In this document: positions 24,656 to 37,436 of the stretch, piece after piece
Layout: each line of letters starts with the position of its first letter
How positions within the stretch are numbered: position 1 is the first letter of the stretch
From: Octopus sinensis
Taxonomy: Eukaryota
Reading direction: 5' to 3'
Length of the DNA stretch: 64,000 bases
Assembly (NCBI RefSeq): GCF_006345805.1
Contig: NC_043009.1
Span: 24,428,001-24,492,000, forward strand
Translations under genes and position numbers: made by a program
Notes under the pieces: model-generated
What the model saw: the letters and a program-made list of their open reading frames with translations, nothing else
Database searches by the model: none
Told to the model about the DNA's origin: nothing

Positions 24656-24884
24656 CTGTATATATATATGTATGTATATATACATATATATATCATATAT
24701 GTTTATAAATATATATATGTATATATGTATGCATATATATGTATATATATATATATACATATATGCAAAATAAGCATATATATATATATATACCAATATA
24801 CGTACATATGTGTGTATATATATATATATATATATTTATACGTATGTAAGTATAGTAGTATGCACATGTACACACACACACACG

Positions 24885-24930
<46 letters not shown>

Positions 24931-25589
24931 CTTATATAGGTATGCATATGTACATATACATGTGTGTATGTGTCTGCCATATACATTTGTATGGCTATAT
25001 ACACACATATTCGTGTGTATATAAACACATACACATACATACACACATACCTATATGTACATAGATATATTTGCTTACATATATATTCGTGCATATGCGT
25101 GTGTATGAATGTTTAATGTATGTATATATACATACATGCATGCATGTGTATACATACGTATATATATATATAAACATATATATGCGCGTGTGCGTATGTG
25201 ATTCGCCAATATCTTTTTATGTATCTGTGTATACAGTGTCTCTCTGTCTGTATGTCTCTGTCTCCCTCCTCTTCATTTAGTCTTCATTCTTTGTTTATCA
25301 GATAATTTCTCTGAGTCTTGTAGTCTTTTATTTATGACTTAACTCCAAATCTAAATTACATATAGACGTCCAAATTTTTGTTTTCTATTATTTCCAGCAA
25401 ATTTACAGTAAAATTGCAATATGAAATATTTCTGTAAGAGGTTAAATCAGTCAGAAGTTCAGCAATGGCGGTTTAACTCAATTTCAAATTAAGATTGCTG
25501 GGAATAAAGTTAGAAAATAGAAAAAAAACATGTAAAACAAAACAAACAACAACAACAAACAGCAAAACTAGAATGGGAATGACATGGAA

Positions 25590-25605
25590 AGTAATAACTA
25601 GAATA

Positions 25606-25636
<31 letters not shown>

Positions 25637-26260
25637 CGACGAGGGCAATGATGGTATGTCTGTGTGGTTACTGCAGCTGTTGCTGTTGTTGTTGGTAATG
25701 AAGATCAGGAAGAGAATAATGATGATGATGATGATGAAGTCGGTTTTGGTGGTGGTGGTGGTGGTGGTGGTGGTGGTGGTGATGGTGATGGGGGTTTGAT
25801 GATGATGATGATGAGGATGATAAGGCTGGGGGTGGCAGTGCTTGTCGTAGGGTCTATAATGATGAAAACGATGATGATCATGACAGTCTTGTTGTTGATG
25901 TTGCTGGTGTTATTGCTGTTAGTGTTTATGTTGTTGTTGTTGTTGCACTTGATGGTGGTTAATGTAATGGTGATGGTGATAGCGATGACAACAACGACGA
26001 TGACAGCGACAATGGGGTTGATAAGATGATGATGATCATCATCATTATCATCGTCATCATCTTCATCATGATCATCATGGTCGTCGTCGCAGCGGCGGCA
26101 GTTGGGGCGGGAGCGGTAGCGGTGGTGGTGGTGGTGATGGTGCTGGTGCTGCTGGTGGTGGTGCTGGTGCTGGTGCTAGTGCTGGTGCTGGTGCTGGGGC
26201 TGGGGCTAGTGCTGGTGGGGTGGTGGTGGTGGTGGTTTTGATGGATATGGCGGCATTGAT
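25590..26260. repeat. Compound trinucleotide low-complexity tract (GAT/GGT/GTT/GCT)
   Basis: Directly visible mosaic of trinucleotide runs. Confidence 0.85.
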
Positions 26261-26404
26261 ACTGATGCTGATGACTGTGGTTTCGTCTGCCTGACTCGGA
26301 ACGAGGCCAATTTCGTCGAGACGTTGTAAGTTCATGTGATCGTACATCAGTGTAGTGGTAGAGCGTATCTAATGGTATCGATGGTAATGAAAGAAGTGAT
26401 AGAA

Positions 26405-26600
26405 GACGATGACGATGAGAAGGATGACGAGGAGGAGGAGGAGGAGAAGGAGGAGAAGGAGGAGAAGTAGAAGAAGAAGAAGAAGAAAAAGAAGAAGAAG
26501 AAGGCGAAGAAGAAGAAGAAGAAGAAGAAGAAGAAGAAGAAGAAGAAGAAGAAGAAGGAGGAGGAGGAGGAGGAGAAGAAGGAGAAGAAGAAGAAGAAGG
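26405..26600 (+). repeat. (GAG)n/(AAG)n tract
   Basis: Directly visible. Confidence 0.95.
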
Positions 26601-26640
26601 AGAAAGAGAACAAACGAAAGACAGAAAGATAGAAGAAAGG

Positions 26641-27159
26641 TCCTTGATGCATGACCAGGCAGTGACTCTTATGGCTTTTACATGTTTTGTCTTGTAGATA
26701 AAACTGTGCTACAGTAAATACTCTGCTCAACACCACAAATTTGCTTGTCAGTTGCTTGACCTCAACTAGTTGGACAAGTTTCTTAGTGGCTGACGATATA
26801 TGCATCTCTGAACACGAACAGAAGAAAGAAAGGGAGCTTAATAGCCATATGTTGAGAGGAATTCTTTGGGAATTGAATAATTCACTTCTTGAGACATGGT
26901 TCCTTCGTTCATCATCGTTAAACAAACCTTTTTTAGGGACCTTTTCAGCGAGATGGGCTACTCGACGTAAAGAACATTCTAGCAGAGGCACAACCTAATG
27001 TGCTGCTTATTTTGATATAAGATGACCATGTCGCACACATATGGTCGTCATACAGGTGCCTGGTGTAACCCTAACAGACGGGTAGTAACGATGGGTAGTT
27101 TGGGCTTCGTATATTGCAACCCCAGTGTTGCTTTGGTGCCATGCGCTGCGTTCTTACGC
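26641..27159. mobile_element. Older copy of an about 560-bp interspersed element (family E)
   Basis: Colinear and diverged relative to 27221-27777 (caggcagtg.ctct.atggctt, cttagtggctgacgatat.tgcatctctga, accatgtcgc.cacatatggt). Confidence 0.75.
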
Positions 27160-27220
<61 letters not shown>

Positions 27221-27223
<3 letters not shown>

Positions 27224-27777
27224 GCCCTGATGCAGTACCAGGCAGTGGCTCTCATGGCTTCTGATCTTGACTGATTGGAAGTGTTATCATGTACATTGTT
27301 TTGTCTTGGTATAAAAGATGGGCTACAGCAAATATTCTGCTCAATACCACAGATTTGCTTGTCAATAGTTTGACCTTAACCAGTTGAGCATGTCCCTTAG
27401 TGGCTGACGATATGTGCATCTCTGATCACGAGCAGAAGTAGTGGGGGAGCATCATGGCCATGTGTTGAGAGGGATTCTTTGGAGTTTGAATGGTTCACCT
27501 CTGGAAACATAGGTGTTTCGTTCAACATCCTAAAGCAACCCTTATTCAGGGACCTTTTGAGCAGGATGGGCTACTCAACCTGAAGAAAATTCTAACTGGG
27601 GCCCACCTGCAAGGTCATGTGCTGTTTATCTTGATATGAGATCACCATGTCGCGCACATATGGTTGTGATGCATGTGCCTGGTGTACCTTTATCAGACGG
27701 GTAGTCATGATGGGTATATTGGGCTTCGTATATTTTACCCCAGTGTCACTTTGATGGCATGAACTGCTCTCTCACTC
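27221..27777. mobile_element. Family E element between (AAT)n tracts
   Basis: aatgccctgatgcagtaccaggcag...ctctctcactc, with (AAT)n at 27160-27220 and 27778-27793. Confidence 0.75.
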
Positions 27778-27922
27778 AATAATAATAATAATAGTCAAGA
27801 CGAAGAGTGCGATTCGATTGTAAGATATTTTATTAGTTGAACGATATTCCAACAGAACGTCTGTCTTTGTCGAGTCCTGTGCCTCGTTTTAAATTCCATA
27901 CCACATATCATCAGAACACATA

Positions 27923-28142
27923 TAGGAGTGGTGCTGAAAAGTTCCTGGCTTTAAGGGTGTCGTGAAAGGCCTGGCTGGAGTCCTAACCTTCGAGTTATCT
28001 TACAGGGCTCAGCATAAATGGAAGGACAGCAGCAATACATGTGTGAATCAGAGAGGGGCATACGTTGAATAAAATCATAATTAACTGGTCATCGTGTGTT
28101 TTATTTTACCCAGAGCCAGGAACTTTTCAGCAGCTACTCGTT
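27923..28142 (+). mobile_element. Mariner-derived MITE
   Basis: TIRs gtgctgaaaagttcctggct and agccaggaacttttcagca; same family as 28407. Confidence 0.8.
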
Positions 28143-28204
28143 TATATATATAATATATATATTATATATATATAATATATATATATTATATATATAATAT
28201 ATAG

Positions 28205-28385
28205 TATATACAAGGATAATTCACGAAAAAACAAAAGATGAAGACAAGTAGTGTATTAGTATAACGCTCGGGAATTGAAAAAGTCTTTAACGTTTCGAGC
28301 CTACGCTCTTCGACAGAAAGGAACATAGAAAGAAACAAGGAGAGAAAAAAATATGTGTAGTGGCTACCGATCTATCATGGCTAAT
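28205..28385 (-). mobile_element. Penelope-like fragment with hammerhead at 28285-28320
   Basis: Minus strand reads cttt-CTGTCGA-a-gagc-gtag-gctc-GAAAC-GTT-aaag; (TA)n lies on both sides. Confidence 0.65.
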
Positions 28386-28406
28386 ATATATATATATATA
28401 TATATA

Positions 28407-28624
28407 TATGAGGGAGTACTGAAAATTTCGTGACTTTAAAGGTATCGCGAAAGACCTGGTTGGAGGCCCAACCTTTCGAGTTCTTTTACAGACCTTAGAA
28501 AAACTGAAGGACCGCTGTAGTGTGTGAATCTGAGAGTGGAATATGTTGAATAAAATCGTAATTAATTTATCCTCTTGTATTTTCTTTTACCCAAAGCCAG
28601 GAAACTTTCAGCACTCACCTCGTA
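28407..28624 (+). mobile_element. Mariner-derived MITE
   Basis: tatgagggagtactgaaa...tttcagcactcacctcgta. The internal CVNLRVEYVE* resembles a mariner transposase C-terminus. Confidence 0.8.
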
Positions 28625-30224
28625 ACTTTCTCAATATATATTTCCTACAAAAATTCTAATCGGTCAATCTCTGCTACACTTTCTTGCCTTATATTATATT
28701 CATTCTGATATAACTTACTGACTGTTCTTACCTATCAAATGGGCGAGACATTAATCATGTTGGCAGCTGATTCTACAGACTGTTTTTGGAATGTATTGGA
28801 AAATAGCGAAATGTTATCTAAACTTTACTTACGCGTTGCACATGCGCGCAAAGAACTCTGCTTCGTCTTAGTTTGCAGGTATATCTTTTATATATTTTGC
28901 CCATCACATATGTCTATAGCCATAAGTTTCATGTCTATTTTCAGCTCCAACAACCCTTCCTTCTAGTTAGTATCAAATGTTCACCTGCGGGGTTTACATT
29001 TCGAATTGTTCGACGTCTTAGCTTGTATTTGCCTTCTGTAATCACATTAGGATTATTAGAAAACTTTGCCTCAAAAGAAATATTCTTGTAAAGTGAATGC
29101 CTTTAAATGATCGTTGAATCTACAAAGGATTCAATATCTCGCCCAGATCATGCCTTAACATGTTAGCATTTTATAAAAGAAGATGCATTAGAGAAGGTTG
29201 CTATAAATACGTACTCATGTAAATGTATAAATACATGCATATATATAGACGCGCACGCACACACTTAAACATATGCATATGCGTATATTGGCATCATCAA
29301 CGTCAGCAGAAGTTTCAGAGTGAGTCAAGTGCCAAGAATCTCGTGCGTTAGCACTTATCAAACTGGTTTCAACTTTGTTCTGAAATAAATTATTAAAACC
29401 ATTAGGACACGTGTATAATGCACATTTTTCAAATGGTTTGCCTGCTATGCGTTTCAATAACAATAACAATAACTAAAGAAATACATAAATGAATAAACTT
29501 CTATACATATATTTTTAACCAAATGTGGTGGTCATTGTTGGATTTATTTTGATCATATATTTGGTGGATCGTGATATGCTTGAGACTTAGCGTCAACTCT
29601 AACAAGGCGGTACATGTTAATGCTCTCAGTCTCATTTAATGAAAATATTAACTTTATCTTCTGAAGTATTTCTTTCTTAAAAAGTGACTTCATATTATTT
29701 TCATTTATCTTATCTTTCTTCGCTCTACGCCATATTGAAACCCTTCCTATTTGTTTTATGGTTTTCTTATCTTGTTCTTGTAGTCCAATACATTACGCTA
29801 TCTTTTCTTTTTACATTACTTAAACTACATCCATCTTTTAATCGTAATTCCCACCCACCAATACCTTCCCTAAAACAATGTACTGTTTCTACTAAACACG
29901 TTATCTCATCTCCATTCTCCGCAAACATTTTACAAGTCAACCGTGAAGTAAAAGTTGATTTACGTTATGTTACCTACCTTTAATAATATATCCATCTTTT
30001 ACTATACTTAATAGCCGCGTTAAATCGTGGAAGACAAGTTATCGCTTTCAAAAGTTTTGCCTATTGATAATGATATTTCTTTCCTTTTCACCGAAACCGG
30101 ATACCCTTTTTTTTCCATTAACGCATGCTCCTTTCAGTCGATATTTTTGCAGTCTCATCCTTCCCCTACCGACTATCTTTAAGCACGCAGTTCTTTTCGG
30201 AAAAGGAATGATGCCATAGTGCTT

Positions 30225-30236
30225 ATTATCATCATC

Positions 30237-30282
<46 letters not shown>

Positions 30283-30359
30283 ATAGTAGCATCATCATCA
30301 GTGTTATTATTATTATAATCATCATCATCATTATCATCATCATTATCATCATTATCATC

Positions 30360-30413
<54 letters not shown>

Positions 30414-30430
30414 GTTATTATTATTATTGA
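30225..30430 (+). repeat. Compound (GTA)n/(TCA)n/(ATT)n tract
   Basis: Directly visible. Confidence 0.95.
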
Positions 30431-31189
30431 TATGATGGATCCGTGTCATTAACACATGTATAATTCGATTCATGCCGGCCTACACACTTTCCCAATGAGT
30501 AATTGACTTTTAAATTAATCTCAATTATATCTTACCATATTTTTGCACACTAAATAATGTGATTTTTAAATTTTATTTATCATTATTATTAGTAGTAGTA
30601 GTAGTATTAGTATTATTTTGAAGTCGAGTATTCATAACCAATTTACATGGCGCACAAGTAACTGACTTCACAATATGCATCTGAACGAGATGGCGGTTTG
30701 TTGCAGGGTCCAAGACCCAGTATATTTGAGAGGAGGCGGCAAGTAGATTATATTGGTCCTGTTATTTGCAGCTGCTTTATTTTAAGGATCATGAGTGAAA
30801 ATAAAAGGAAAACTCGTCCTCAACTGGGCACAGAACGAAAAGCCGGAAAAAATGACGTTACGCATTTTGTCCGACGGCCAACTCATCGCACATTGGCTGT
30901 CACATGTTTCGCTATACTTGGGATCATTATAGTTTTAGAGTTCACAACACATTAGGAACATTTAATTTAAGTTTCTCAGCTGTGCACTGGTTATAAAGTC
31001 ACATGTTTCAAGGGCGGGGTCTTCGGGGAATAATCAAAGATATATGGCTCCGCCCACCCAATTAGTGAACTGGTACTTTATTTTATCTACTGCAGTGGAA
31101 TTGAACCTGACACAACGTGTTCGCAAAGTTAACCTCTTAACCACACAGCTACGACTGACTGCGCCTAGAATAATTATCAGCCATTTTTC

Positions 31190-31417
31190 TTTTTTATCTT
31201 TCACTTGTTTCAATCAATAGACAGCGGTCATGCTGGCGCGTCACCTTAAAGATTTTTACTCGAATGACTCGACCTCGGCACTTACGTTTTGAGAGCCTGG
31301 TACTTATTCCATCTGTTCTTTTAACGGACAGCTAAGGTACAAGGAAAAATAAGCATAACAACACCTGTTGTCAATCGTGGTGGGGACAAACTCAGACACA
31401 CAGACGCACAAACACAC

Positions 31418-31420
<3 letters not shown>
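31190..31420 (-). mobile_element. Degenerate 3' half of SINE family A
   Basis: cacttgtttcaatc...gcggtcatgctgg...tggtacttattc...ggggacaaactcagacacacag. Confidence 0.6.
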
Positions 31421-31476
<56 letters not shown>

Positions 31477-31578
31477 CCGGAGTAAACACATAAATGTGAA
31501 ACAAGGTGGAAAAAAGAGTACTCAAATACCAGTGGTAGAGTAATAATTTTATTTTAAGCAGCAGAAAATCAACAAAAT

Positions 31579-31616
31579 CTGTTACTCTGAGTTTCTCGTT
31601 GCCGTTCATCAGACAG
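31579..31616 (-). ncRNA. Minimal hammerhead motif (mirror copy)
   Basis: Reverse complement of 31646-31683. Confidence 0.7.
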
Positions 31617-31645
31617 TTTTTGCTAGCAGTTTTTTCTAGCAAAAA

Positions 31646-31683
31646 CTGTCTGATGAACGGCAACGAGAAACTCAGAGTAACAG
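31646..31683 (+). ncRNA. Minimal hammerhead motif
   Basis: ctgt-CTGATGA-a-cg-gcaa-cg-a-GAAAC-TCAGA-GTA-acag. Confidence 0.7.
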
Positions 31684-31718
31684 ATTTTGTTGAATTTTCT
31701 GCTGCTAAAATAAAGTAT

Positions 31719-31764
<46 letters not shown>

Positions 31765-31800
31765 ATATATATATTATATATATATATAGATAGATAGATA

Positions 31801-31865
<65 letters not shown>

Positions 31866-31899
31866 TAGATAGATAGATAGATAGATGGATAGATAGATA

Positions 31900-32526
31900 T
31901 GTTTCTTTATTAGCCACACAGGGCTGCACACAGATAGTACAAATTACAAGGTAGAGCTTTTCTTTTGGGGGTAAAAAAAAAGAGGAGTGGTGGTTTTCGA
32001 TCAAAAGGGATCGTAAAAGGAAAGAAAAAAGGACAAAAAAAAGGGAGGGGTTAAAAAAAGGGGGGGGGAAATTAAAATAAAAAATAAAAAATGAATAATA
32101 TGGATCGTTATCTCAGAAATGTCAATATGAAGTGTAAAGGGGAGGACAGGTGAGGTTTACCCGTGGAAAGAAAAGCCTACGGAAAAGACCACGGTAACCT
32201 CGGTCAATGAAGTCACATGTTATATTTCTTTTTTTTTTTTGCAAATAAGCAACTCTCTGTATTAATTTTTATGGTTCATAGGATCATAGTCAAGGTGGCT
32301 TCGTCATTCATACGTGCCATCCTTGCTACATTCACCCATCTTTTTTTAAAACATTCACTAGACAAAACTTGCCTCTCTACTCTCACTTTCCTCTTCAAGT
32401 GATACTTGAAGAAGTTGATGAGAGATTGACCAGAGAGGAAAGTGTTTGTCTCTAATCCTTTCAGATACGTTCTTTCGCCATAGCCACAAGTATGATAAAA
32501 ATAGCTCTTCCTTCCCGTTTGAAGGA
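31900..32526 (-). mobile_element. 5'-truncated Tx1/L1-like LINE, copy 2
   Basis: ORF2 C-terminus LSGQSLINFFKYHLKRKVRVERQVLSS...EATLTMIL*, the same 3' UTR, and (GATA)n at both junctions. Confidence 0.9.
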
Positions 32527-32544
32527 TAGATAGATAGATAGATA

Positions 32545-32704
32545 TAGGACGGGCTTTTTTCAGTTTCCGTCTACCAAATCCACACACAAGGCTTTGGTTG
32601 CCACGGGACTGTAGTAGAAGATACTTGTCCAAGGTACCACCCAACAAGACTGAACCCGGAAACATGTGGTGCAGCAGCAAACTTCTTACCACACAGCCAC
32701 GCGC
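32545..32704 (-). mobile_element. 5' half of SINE family A
   Basis: cagtttccgtctaccaaatcc...cttaccacacagccac. Confidence 0.8.
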
Positions 32705-33137
32705 AGTGGATATTTTCCAACTTTTTACTTCACTAAGGAAAATTCGCAGAAGAAATCCTTCTGAACCTTATTTGGCTTTCAGTATTTTAAACCTATCAGT
32801 TTCGCTGATTCTTCTAGAATAAAGCTTATACCAGTAATATTTTGTGGTCGATTCAATCGATTATAAATATCTTCCAGTAGAAACCACGAACCAAATACAA
32901 AGAAAGAAATTGGCTTTCTGCCTCACCGACAGGAATCAATAATAATATTAACTCTCACTTGTATAATAATATTCTATAATTTACACTTTGCTTTGGAAGT
33001 AACGTGTTTCCATCCATCACTCCCACCAACCAACAACTCGATATTTTGACATCAACTCCATCCGAGAAATCTTTTCCCGCTCCAAACACCTTCCATCTCC
33101 CACTGTCTACCGACTCTCTTTCACTTGTGTATGTATG

Positions 33138-33168
<31 letters not shown>

Positions 33169-33344
33169 GTACATATATATGTGTGTGTGTGTGTGTGTGT
33201 ATGTGTGTGTGCATCTGTATGTGTGTGTGCGTGTGTGTACACGTGTGTATCTGTGTGCTCGTATGTGTGTGTGAGTATGTGCGTGATGCAAGCATGCGTA
33301 TGCATGTATATGTATATATATATATATATACATATATATAGAGA

Positions 33345-33399
<55 letters not shown>

Positions 33400-33568
33400 T
33401 AGATATACAATATAATTATTTAAACACACACGCATCACACACACACAAACACCTATATATATTGAAAGAGCGACAGATAAATAGAGAGAGAGAGAGAGAG
33501 TTTTTGTGTCGCAATGATATATTATATATATATACACATACATACATACACATATATGTATGCAAATA

Positions 33569-33627
<59 letters not shown>

Positions 33628-33854
33628 TCGTATATACAGGGAATTATATACGTATATAAACTTGCAGATAGATAATATACATAGACACTACGTGTGTGAA
33701 CGTGCGTGAGCGTATACATACACACACACACACGCATATGTGTGTATATACATGTAGTTATGTATATATTAAATATGTGTATGCGTATGTCTATGTGTGA
33801 ATGTGTAAGTATTCAACAGTATATACGTGCGCGTATACATACATACAACATACA

Positions 33855-33901
<47 letters not shown>

Positions 33902-34429
33902 GCACACATATCGCTATATTAACTCTCACTCCCTCCTCTTCACCTCCTTCCTCATCTACATCTACCATCGTAATCTACTCATCATCGTCCCTCATCTCAC
34001 TCTTCCAACGCCAATCATGAAAGTAAACTAAGATACAACAACAAAACAAAAATAAAATATAACAAAACATTTGAGAACAAACAAAAAAACACCCAAAATA
34101 AATAAATAAATAAAATGAGAAGAATAGACATTTAAAAACAAAATAATAAAGAACCTTCGAAAAGCGAAATGTACTTATTTTTCTTGCGGGGGTAAATATA
34201 TTTTGTAATGTATTCCCTACGAAGAAACGTTAAATTGACTGAAGAATGCAGTCCAAAAGTTCATTTGGATTTTGACAAGTAATGCTGAGCAGCTGTAATT
34301 TGCTTCGTTCGTCTTCGCTTACCGAACCTACCCTAAACCTCGCTTGCAACATCTTACATTCCGAACGACTGTCTTGTTATGGTAGACTTTATCTGGACTG
34401 GCTGGTTGGCTAACTGGCAGGCAGGCTGG

Positions 34430-34657
34430 CTGGCTGTCAGGTTGGCTGGCTAGATGGCTGGCTTGCTGGCTGGTCCGTGGCAAAAATGGAGAGATTAGTT
34501 GTCTGTCTGTTTGTCTGTTTGTAGGAGGAGACGGATAAAGTATGATTCGATAGATGGATGGGTGGAGGAAGGGATGGATGGATGGCTGGATGAATGGATG
34601 GATGGATGGATGGATGGATGGATGGATGGAGGAAGGGATGGATGGATGGATGGATGG

Positions 34658-34690
<33 letters not shown>

Positions 34691-34700
34691 CAGATGGAGG
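34430..34700 (+). repeat. (GGCT)n and (GGAT)n tetranucleotide tracts
   Basis: Directly visible. Confidence 0.9.
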
Positions 34701-35391
34701 GTGATATAAGAAGGGCTGAAATGTTGATAAACGTAGTGGCTGATAGTATCTCTGGTAGGCTGAATATCGGTTACGGATACATGTACATACATAAACACAC
34801 GCACAAATATACACACAGACACACGCGCGCACACACACATAAACATATATATAAACATATATGTATGTATAAAAGGATGGATGGATGGATGATGAATGAA
34901 TTTATGTATGTGTGTGTATGTATATATGTAAGTATGTATGTCAAGTAGTAGGTACTTAAACAATCCAGATAAGTCACGCCGGACTAAAATTGGCCAAAAG
35001 AGATTCGGAAGAATAATCGAGGAAAGAAACAAGCCAATATTTACTAGTTAATTTATGACATGAAACACACTGTAAATCCATTGTACGTAACTACCCTGAT
35101 AAGTTTTCACAGTGTAAAATATATCGTAGAAGAATACAAATTGCAACATTGTTAACATTGGGTTACGAACCATTCAGTTGAATGTTTCTTTATTTGCTAA
35201 AGAATGTATTTTATCATAACGATGATCTGCAACGCAATACATCAGTCAGTTTCACATAGATGTCTAATGAAATGATCTGGTTATGTAAATTATATGATGC
35301 AATACATCATTGAGGAATATTTAACCATTCTATGAAAACCATCGTAACATAAGGTGAAGAATATCTTTATATAATGTGTTTGTATGTATAC

Positions 35392-35423
<32 letters not shown>

Positions 35424-35589
35424 TTATATTATATTATATAATATATATATAGTTAGTATTTGATTTGGTTGCAATATTCTTGATGTGAATTTGTGTGTTG
35501 CAAGAAATACTATTGAGCTTTGGGAGGGGCATTATTCGGGTAATAATAAACACACGCACTGCGTGTCCTTATTATTACCGGCATAATAG

Positions 35590-36808
35590 ACCTCCCAAGT
35601 TTCAATAGATAAAATAAGTATTAGTTGATCACTGGGGTCGATGTAATCGACGTAGGCCCTCCTTCGAACTTGCTGGCCTTGTGCCTGAATTGGAAACCAA
35701 TATTTAAGCTGAGTGAAGGTATCGAGTCGCCTGAATCTCTTCCGCACTGGAAAAGATGCGTAGTCATATATCTTCCACTTCGTTAGATTCAGATTTCAAA
35801 TCCAATTGAGGTCGAGTTTGCCTTTTATCATTTCGAGGTCGATACAGTAAGGAATAGTTCATCACATGGTTTGGTGTATTTGAGGAGCCATACCTCCTCT
35901 TAGTTTCATTCCTTATGCATGAGAGGAGAAACAAGGACCGACTTCAGTAAGTAACTGCTACTTATTTAATCGACCCCGAAAGGATGAAAGGCAAAGTCAG
36001 CCTCGACAGAATCTGAACTCAGAACGTAACAGCAGTCAAAATACTTATTTCTTCACTACCCCCAAGGGGCTAAACACAGAGGGGACAAATGAGGACAGAC
36101 TAACGGATTAAGTCGATTTTATCGACCTCAATGTGTAACTGGGACTTAATTTATCGACCCCGAAAGGATGAAAGGCAAAGTCGACCTCGGCGGAATTTGG
36201 ACTCAGAACGTAGCAGCAGACGAAATACGGCTATGCATTTCGCCCGGCGTGCTAACGTTTCTGCCAGCTCACCGTCTTACAGACTTAAAATGTTTATTTC
36301 TGTATTGCCGACAGGGGGCTAAACATAGAAGAGACAAACAAGAACAGAAAAAGTGATTAAGGCGATTAGATCGACTCCAGCGCGTAACTGGTACTTATTT
36401 AATCGAATGAAAGGCAAAATCGACCTCGGCGGAATTTGAACTCAGAACGTAAAAGCAGACGAAATACCTGCCGTTACGTTCTGAGTTCAAATTCCGCCAA
36501 GGTCGACTTTGCCTTTCATCCTTTCGGGGTCGATTAAAGAAGTACCAGTTACGCACTGGGGTCGATATAATCGACTTAATCCGTTTGTCTGTTCTTGTTT
36601 GTCCTCTCTGTGTTTAGCCCCTTGTGGGTAGTAAAAAATAGGTATTTCGTCTGTCTTTATATTCTGAGTTCAAATTCCGTCAAGGTCAACTTTGCTTTTC
36701 ATCCTTTCGTAGTCGATAAATTCTGTACCAGATGCATACTGGAATCTATCTAATCGACAGCCCCCTTCCTTTAAAATTTCGGCCCTTTTGCCAAGAGTAG
36801 AAAATAGT
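35590..36808. mobile_element. SINE family B cluster: minus-strand multimer 35950-36467, plus-strand dimer 36468-36808
   Basis: The core gtcgactttgcctttcatcctttcg recurs in both orientations. Confidence 0.85.
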
Positions 36809-37361
36809 ATTTTCATCGATATACCATATCCTAAAGATCATATCGAATTTGTATAATCTACACATGGCTTAACTAAACGCTTCTGCATTACGTTAATGTT
36901 TATGTAAACGAGTAAAATAAAACCTATAGAAGCACTTCACGAAGGATCATTACGCATTTGCCAATTACATATTCACTTCACACCCAATTTAACGCCATAA
37001 CAGTATTACGTACGTAAATACTAATCTAATGGAACGACGCTCAATTAAATCACATACATGAAAATTTAAACTTGATATAATGATAAAATAAAATTACATT
37101 GCATCAATAAAATTAATACTAATTATTACTAACAATAAACGCGGTGATGCTATAATTAATAAGTCTTTAGAACAATTCACACAGAAACTAACTTTAACGT
37201 TATTCTCAATTGTCCGTTTTAAACCCGGTTTTTAACTCATTCATTTAATTAATATCATAAAACTAGGTATTGAATTAGTTCTACCTGTATTTATACGACA
37301 AAATGTTTCTATGAGATTGCTAGACGGAAGTATTTACAGAATATATATCCCAAATTTTAAG

Positions 37362-37436
<75 letters not shown>

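Larger units (their letters stand above)
31476..31720. mobile_element. Penelope-like fragment with a terminal fold-back
   Basis: Arms of about 85 bp (about 31543-31626 and 31636-31715) with a 9-nt spacer and (TA)n flanks. Confidence 0.75.

Noticed and set aside
25660-26350. Pro/Ala- or His/Thr/Ser-rich minus-strand reading frames as a coding exon
   Set aside because: They are explained by trinucleotide mosaics, with no clear splice sites or domain. A hammerhead-like GAAAC-caca-GTC near 26275 lacks a valid 5' core.
27850-27920. Minus-strand CTGATGA near the mariner MITE
   Set aside because: There is no GAAA half and no closing stems.
28739-28966. 75-aa ORF with nearby GT/AG signals on both strands
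   Set aside because: No recognisable protein, and the splice-like motifs are expected by chance.
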